Shown: piece after piece, positions 27,529-32,000 of the stretch
How the letters are laid out: the number at the start of each line of letters is the position of its first letter
Position numbering within the stretch: the first letter of the stretch is position 1
NCBI RefSeq assembly: GCF_000012905.2
Contig: NC_007493.2
Coordinates: 1,590,001 to 1,622,000, forward strand
Direction: 5' to 3'
DNA length: 32,000 bases
From: Cereibacter sphaeroides 2.4.1
Lineage (GTDB): Bacteria > Pseudomonadota > Alphaproteobacteria > Rhodobacterales > Rhodobacteraceae
Notes under the pieces: generated by a model
Databases searched by the model: none
Told to the model about the DNA's origin: nothing
What the model saw: only the letters and a program-made list of their open reading frames with translations
Translations under genes and position numbers: made by a program

Positions 27529-28221
27529 ATGGAAGGCTTCTCGCGATATGCGATCTACTGGACGCCCGAGGAGGGCCCACTTGCGCAGTTCGGCCGCGGC
27601 TGGCTCGGCTGGGATGCGGAGGCGGCCGAGCCCGTGCCCCATCCGGCCGTGGCAGGCCTGCCCCGCGATCTGGCCCTCATCACCCAGGCGCCGCGGAAAT
27701 ACGGGTTGCACGGCACGCTGAAGCCGCCCTTCCGGCTGGCCGAGGGCACGGATGTCACCGATCTCCATGCCGCGGTGCTGGCGCTCTGCCCCTATCTCGC
27801 GCCCGTGACGCTGCCGGGTCTCAGGCTCACGCGGATCGGCGGGTTCCTGGCCCTCGTGCCCGCGGGCGAGGAGGAGGCGCTGCAGGCGCTGGCGGGCGAA
27901 GTGGTGCGCGCGCTCGACGGCTTCCGTGCGCCGCTGAGCGAGGCCGAGCTCGCGCGGCGGCGCCCCGATCGGCTGACCCCGCGCCAGCGCGGCCATCTGG
28001 CCGACTGGGGCTATCCCTATGTCTTCGAGGATTTCCGCTTCCACCTCACGCTCACGGGCGAGTTGCCCGAGGCGGAACTGGCCGAGGTCGAGGCGGTGCT
28101 GGGCCACCTGCTGTCGCCGATCCTCGCCGAGCCCCTGCGGGTGGACAGTCTCAGCCTCTGCGCCGAGGCCGCCGACGGCCGCTTCCGCCTGCTCGAACGG
28201 CTGCCCCTCGCCCGGTCCTAG
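27529..28221 (+). CDS. DUF1045 / 2H-phosphoesterase superfamily protein (putative phosphonate-metabolism-associated cyclic phosphodiesterase family)
   Basis: 230 aa. YAIYWTPEEG N-terminus and two H-x-T-x motifs (LHGTLKPPF and FHLTLTG) at the spacing expected of 2H enzymes. The ATG at 27529 is preferred over the ORF opening at 27454. Confidence 0.7.
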   Translation: MEGFSRYAIYWTPEEGPLAQFGRGWLGWDAEAAEPVPHPAVAGLPRDLALITQAPRKYGLHGTLKPPFRLAEGTDVTDLHAAVLALCPYLAPVTLPGLRLTRIGGFLALVPAGEEEALQALAGEVVRALDGFRAPLSEAELARRRPDRLTPRQRGHLADWGYPYVFEDFRFHLTLTGELPEAELAEVEAVLGHLLSPILAEPLRVDSLSLCAEAADGRFRLLERLPLARS

Positions 28222-28225
28222 CGGC

Positions 28226-28654
28226 TCAGCAGAGCGCGGTGGGGCGACCGCGGCCGCGCAGGAACCCCGCGGCCACACCGAGCCCGGCATGGAGCCCGGC
28301 CAGCGCCAGCGCCGCCAGAAGAGCCTCGCGCGGCCCGAGCGCGCCCAGCCAGATCAGCAGCGGGAAGGTCAGGAGCAGCGCCGTCGCACGCCCCGAGATG
28401 CGGCGCAGAAGCCCGGTGCCCGCCGCCCGCAGGGCCTCGGGTCGCCGCGTCAGGTGCCAGTGGAACCAGTCGAACAGCACGCGGTAGAGCGCGGCCCAGA
28501 GAAAGGCCGCCGCGGAGACCGCGAGCAGCACCGGCAGCGCCGCACCGCCGCGGGCGTCGAAGGCCAGCGCATAGAGAGGCACGGCGAGGGCAAGCGCCGC
28601 GCCTTCGAAGAACAGGGTCTGGAAGAAGCGTCCTGCAAGGGATCGCGTGGACAT
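28226..28654 (-). CDS. Small 4-TM membrane protein, possibly BTP-domain / PACE-family-like
   Basis: 142 aa from MSTRSLAGRFFQTLFFEGAALALAVPLYA... with four hydrophobic segments. The R-x(6)-FEG-x(7)-P pattern and FDWFHWHL after TM2 resemble my recollection of AceI-type bacterial transmembrane pair repeats; the second repeat lacks the Glu. SD ggag upstream of the ATG at 28654. Confidence 0.45.
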   Translation of the reverse strand: MSTRSLAGRFFQTLFFEGAALALAVPLYALAFDARGGAALPVLLAVSAAAFLWAALYRVLFDWFHWHLTRRPEALRAAGTGLLRRISGRATALLLTFPLLIWLGALGPREALLAALALAGLHAGLGVAAGFLRGRGRPTALC

Positions 28655-28827
28655 GGGAAACTCCGAATGACTCGTGCAAAGGATCTGACAAAGGTCTTGG
28701 TACAGAGGCGCGAGGCGCCCTGACGACCCCAACGGACCGCAGCCAATCCTTAACACGAAACGCGGCAAAGGGACAGATCGCAGCGCCGAAGTCGGCGGAA
28801 ACCGGCACCTGCCCCTGCGAACGGCCT

Positions 28828-29007
28828 CTAGCGGCCCGAGCGCCGGGTGCGCTGCGCGGCCTTCCGGGCGAGCTTGGCCGCCGAGCGCGCCCCGCCGGCC
28901 TGAGGCCCTGCCTCCGGCGCCCCGGGGCGCGGCTTGGCGGGCGCGGCCTTGGGCCCCCGGCCGGTGAAAAGGCGCTTCAGCCTGCTGAAGAAACCGCTCG
29001 CGATCAT
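28828..29007 (-). CDS. Candidate small basic protein (59 aa) translationally coupled to scpB
   Basis: The ATG at 29007 lies 2 nt after the scpB TGA, with GAGGA 7 nt upstream inside the scpB 3' end. Third-position GC is about 93% (55/59 codons), matching real genes here. Product MIASGFFSRLKRLFTGRGPKAAPAKPRPG...RRSGR. Confidence 0.45.
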   Translation of the reverse strand: MIASGFFSRLKRLFTGRGPKAAPAKPRPGAPEAGPQAGGARSAAKLARKAAQRTRRSGR

Positions 29008-29009
29008 GC

Positions 29010-29645
29010 TCAATCCTCGAAGAGTTCGCTTTGTCCTGTCACCGGCTCATCCTCGTCCGGTGTTTTCGTGCTGCCCGGCAGCGGGCGGTTGTCGAGCAGA
29101 CCCGCCGCGCGCAACTCCTTGATCCCCGGCAGGTCGCGCGCCGACTCGAGCCCGAAATGGTCGAGGAAACTCTCGGTCACGACGAAGGTCACGGGGCGGC
29201 CGGGCGTCATCCGCCGGCGGCCGAAACGGATCCATTCCAGCTCGAGAAGCTGGTCGATGGTGCCCCGGCTCACGGCCACGCCGCGGATCTCCTCGATCTC
29301 GGCGCGGGTGACGGGCTGATGATAGGCGACGATGGCCAGCGTCTCGATGGCCGCGCGCGAGAGCTTCTTCTGCTCGACCGTCTCCTTGCGCATGAGAAAG
29401 CCCAGATCGGCCGCCGTGCGGAAGGCCCAGGCGTCACCCACGCGCGCGAGCTGCACGCCGCGCCCCTCGTAGCGGCGGCGCAGATGGGTCAGCGCCTCGG
29501 CCGGATCGCAGCCATGCGGCAAGCGCGCCTGAAGCTCGGCCACCGTCACCGGATCGGCGGAGGCGAACAGGATCGCCTCGACCATCCGCTCCTGCTCGGC
29601 CATCACCGGCGCCTCGAACAGGCTCTTTTCCGGCCTCTCGTTCAT
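29010..29645 (-). CDS. scpB: Segregation and condensation protein B
   Basis: 211 aa. VEAILFASADPVTVAEL...LSRAAIETLAIVAYHQPVTRAEIEEIRGV...TPGRPVTFVVTESFLDHFGL are typical of ScpB. The start overlaps the scpA stop (ATGA). SD ggaggggg. Confidence 0.9.
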   Translation of the reverse strand: MNERPEKSLFEAPVMAEQERMVEAILFASADPVTVAELQARLPHGCDPAEALTHLRRRYEGRGVQLARVGDAWAFRTAADLGFLMRKETVEQKKLSRAAIETLAIVAYHQPVTRAEIEEIRGVAVSRGTIDQLLELEWIRFGRRRMTPGRPVTFVVTESFLDHFGLESARDLPGIKELRAAGLLDNRPLPGSTKTPDEDEPVTGQSELFED

Positions 29646-30436
29646 GCCCCCTCCCTGCGGCGGATCAGGATCGGCGCGAAGGTCTCGCCCTGCCGCAGCT
29701 CGATCTGCCCGCGCTTCGTCATTTCCAGCACGGCGGCGAAATGGGCGGCGGTGGCCGAGCGGCGGCGCATCGGATGGCCGTCCCAGCCCTCGGGCAGGTA
29801 GCTCGTGAGTTCGGCCCAGTCGCCGAACCAGCCCAGCATCCCCCGCATCCGGTCGAGCGCCTGCTCCATGGTGAAGACATGGTGCCGGTCCATGACGAAG
29901 GGCCGGAACTCGTCCTTGGTGCGGATACGGGCATAGGCCCGCATGAGATCGATCAATGTGGCGGTGTAGGTCACCTTGCGGTGCCGCGTCACATCCTCGG
30001 GCAGCCCGCGCGGAAAGAAGTCGCGCCCCTTCTGGTCGCGCGCCATCAGCCGGGCGGCGGCATCCCGCATGGCCTCCAGCCGCTCGAGCTGGAAGGCCAG
30101 ATGCGCGGCGAGTTCCTCGGCCGACGGACCTTCCTCGGTCGGGTCCGGCGGCAGCAGAAGCCGGCTTTTCAGATAGGCGAGCCAGGCCGCCATCACCAGA
30201 TAATCGGCCGCCAGTTCGATCCGCAACTGCTTGGCGTGATTGACGAAAAGCAGATATTGCTCGGAGAGCTTCAGCACCGAGATGCGCCGCAGGTCGACCT
30301 TCTGCGTGCGCGAGAGCGTGAGCAGAAGGTCGAGCGGCCCCTCGAAGCCCTCGACATCCACGATCAGCGCCTCGGCCGCCAGACGGTCCGCGACGCTGAG
30401 GACCGAAGTCTCTTCCCAAACGTCAGCCATGTCCAT
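29642..30436 (-). CDS. scpA: Segregation and condensation protein A
   Basis: VDVEGFEGPLDLLLTLSRTQKVDLRRISVLKLSEQYL is typical of ScpA. The start is uncertain (ATG 30436 or 30430, TTG 30484); either ATG overlaps the nagZ stop region. Confidence 0.85.
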   Translation of the reverse strand: MDMADVWEETSVLSVADRLAAEALIVDVEGFEGPLDLLLTLSRTQKVDLRRISVLKLSEQYLLFVNHAKQLRIELAADYLVMAAWLAYLKSRLLLPPDPTEEGPSAEELAAHLAFQLERLEAMRDAAARLMARDQKGRDFFPRGLPEDVTRHRKVTYTATLIDLMRAYARIRTKDEFRPFVMDRHHVFTMEQALDRMRGMLGWFGDWAELTSYLPEGWDGHPMRRRSATAAHFAAVLEMTKRGQIELRQGETFAPILIRRREGA

Positions 30437-31436
30437 GCCCGCCCAGAAGGACGGAATGTTCGGCCTCGAGCGCCCGGCTGTCAACCGGCTCGGGCGGCCT
30501 GCGGCGGGCCAGCGCCGCTGCGGCGCGCTCCAGCGCCTCGGGCCCCATCGCGCCCGCGGCGGCGGCCACGGCCTCCATCTCGGCCAGTTCGCCGTTGCAA
30601 TGGAGCGCCAGATCGCAGCCGGCCGCGATGGCCGCCCCCGCCCGCGCGCCGATCCCGCCCGAGAGGGCCTGCATCGACAGATCGTCCGTCATGAGGAGGC
30701 CCGAAAAGCCGATCTCGTCGCGGATGACGCCGACCATGGGCCCCGAGAGGGTCGCAGGCTGCGCATCATAGGCCGAAAAGACCACATGACCCGTCATGGC
30801 CAAGGGCAGATCCGCGAGCGCCCGGAAGGCCGCGAAGTCGGTGGCGGCCAGCTCCTCGCGGCTGGCGGTTACCGTGGGCAGGTCGTGGTGCGTGTCGGCC
30901 GCGGCCCGTCCGTGGCCCGGCAGATGCTTCATCACCGGCAGGACCCCGCCCGCCAGATGCGCCTCGGCCGCCGCGCGGGCAAGCTCCGCCACGCGCGCCG
31001 CCTCGTCGGCGAGGCAGCGGTTGGCGAGAAACGGATGGGTCGCCGCGGTGCGGATGTCGGCCACGGGCGCGCAGTTGCCGTCGATGCCCACCGCCCGCAG
31101 GTCCTCGGCGATGAGCCGGTAGCGCAGCCAGAGCATCCGGGCCGCCCGGTCCCCGGCGCGCTCCACCGCCTCGAGGGGCGGCAGCCACTCGCGCCAGTGC
31201 GGCGCGCGGAGACGCTGGACGCGGCCGCCTTCCTGATCGACGAAGATGGGCGCGTCGCGCCCCACGGTGGAACGCAGTTCCTGCGTCAGGGCAAAGACTT
31301 GCGCGGGGTTGTCGATGTTGCGCGCGAAGAGGATGAAGCCGAAGGGGTCGGCCTCGCGGAAGAACTGCCGCTCGGCATCCGTGAGGACCGGGCCGGAGCA
31401 GCCGAAAATCGCGGCCGTCCGGCCAGCCTCGCTCAT
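30423..31436 (-). CDS. nagZ: Beta-N-acetylhexosaminidase (GH3, peptidoglycan recycling)
   Basis: 337 aa. [21 protein letters not shown] and LLMTDDLSM motifs. The start overlaps the upstream SPOR gene stop (ATGA). Confidence 0.9.
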   Translation of the reverse strand: MSEAGRTAAIFGCSGPVLTDAERQFFREADPFGFILFARNIDNPAQVFALTQELRSTVGRDAPIFVDQEGGRVQRLRAPHWREWLPPLEAVERAGDRAARMLWLRYRLIAEDLRAVGIDGNCAPVADIRTAATHPFLANRCLADEAARVAELARAAAEAHLAGGVLPVMKHLPGHGRAAADTHHDLPTVTASREELAATDFAAFRALADLPLAMTGHVVFSAYDAQPATLSGPMVGVIRDEIGFSGLLMTDDLSMQALSGGIGARAGAAIAAGCDLALHCNGELAEMEAVAAAAGAMGPEALERAAAALARRRPPEPVDSRALEAEHSVLLGGHGHG

Positions 31437-32000
31437 CTCAGGGCGACCGGGATGCAGGCGGTGTCCTCGGCCAGAAGCGCCGAGCAGAAGCGCCGCGCTT
31501 CGCCCTCGTCGGCAAAGCCCGAGGCGCGCAGCCGGTAGAAGGTGCGCCCGCCGCTCTGCGCGGTCTGCACGACGCGGCTCTTTTCGGTCAGGAGCGTGCC
31601 GAAGCGGCCGGCGAGCCGGTCCCATTCCCGTCGCGCCGAGGCGGCATCGTCGAAGGCACCGAGCTGCACGAGGCGCGTGCCCGCAGGCAGAGTGGCCGCA
31701 TCGACCTCGGTCACGGCCGCAGCGGTCACGGCGGCTCCGGCCGCGGCCGGAGCGGCTTCCGCGGTGCGTTGGGCACGGGCGGGCCGCGGCGGCGGCACGG
31801 GCGAGCGCGTCACGGCCCCGGGCGGCGGCGGATCGGCCAGCACCTCGTTGGCTTCGGGCTCTGCGGCCTCGGGCTCGACCGTGCCCGCAATGGCCTCGGC
31901 TAGCGCGAGCTTCGTGGCGTCAGCGTCGATGGCGGGCAGCTGCTCCTCGGCCACCGCAGAGGCGGACCCCTCATCCTCGATCGGCGCGCTCTCGGGCAGC
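31433..32000 (-). CDS. SPOR domain-containing protein, C-terminal part (5' end outside window)
   Basis: C-terminal SPOR domain ([20 protein letters not shown]...[21 protein letters not shown]) preceded by an Ala/Pro-rich linker. The frame stays open to the window edge. Confidence 0.7.
   Translation of the reverse strand, partial: LPESAPIEDEGSASAVAEEQLPAIDADATKLALAEAIAGTVEPEAAEPEANEVLADPPPPGAVTRSPVPPPRPARAQRTAEAAPAAAGAAVTAAAVTEVDAATLPAGTRLVQLGAFDDAASARREWDRLAGRFGTLLTEKSRVVQTAQSGGRTFYRLRASGFADEGEARRFCSALLAEDTACIPVALR

Overview
Very GC-rich chromosomal segment with alphaproteobacterial gene content. PAS_5 and Hint_2/BIL-type proteins and a class II DAHP synthase suggest Rhodobacterales (Rhodobacter/Cereibacter-like), which is inference only. 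I call 31 reasonably supported protein genes plus 3 weaker small or hypothetical ORFs, and one tRNA-Leu(CAA). No IS elements, integrases, CRISPR arrays or rRNA were seen. Gene order: mazG (5' partial), an orphan Fe(3+)-binding protein, a nucleoside hydrolase, a soluble PhoR-like histidine kinase, a hypothetical ORF and a Cys/Met PLP enzyme. Next come a yicC-gmk-gamma-CA operon, a PAS_5 protein and class II DAHP synthase. These are followed by a GlxA/AraC regulator, a 5-gene Liv-type ABC importer and a MobA-like nucleotidyltransferase. Then come a stand-alone Hint/BIL protein, about 820 bp without a convincing ORF, tRNA-Leu and dsbB. The histidine-utilisation cluster follows (hutF-hutC divergent from hutI-hutH-hutU). 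The window ends with a divergent PHP / DUF1045 (2H) phosphoesterase pair, a small 4-TM protein, and a SPOR-nagZ-scpA-scpB operon with a previously unlisted small ORF coupled to scpB. Most of the window is ordinary core genome. The least explained part is 17.6-19.1 kb: the minimal Hint-only protein, an 11-mer present three times upstream of it, and an ORF-poor tract abutting the 3' end of tRNA-Leu. The many long ORFs antisense to real genes are high-GC artefacts. All family calls come from motif recognition by eye, with no searches run.
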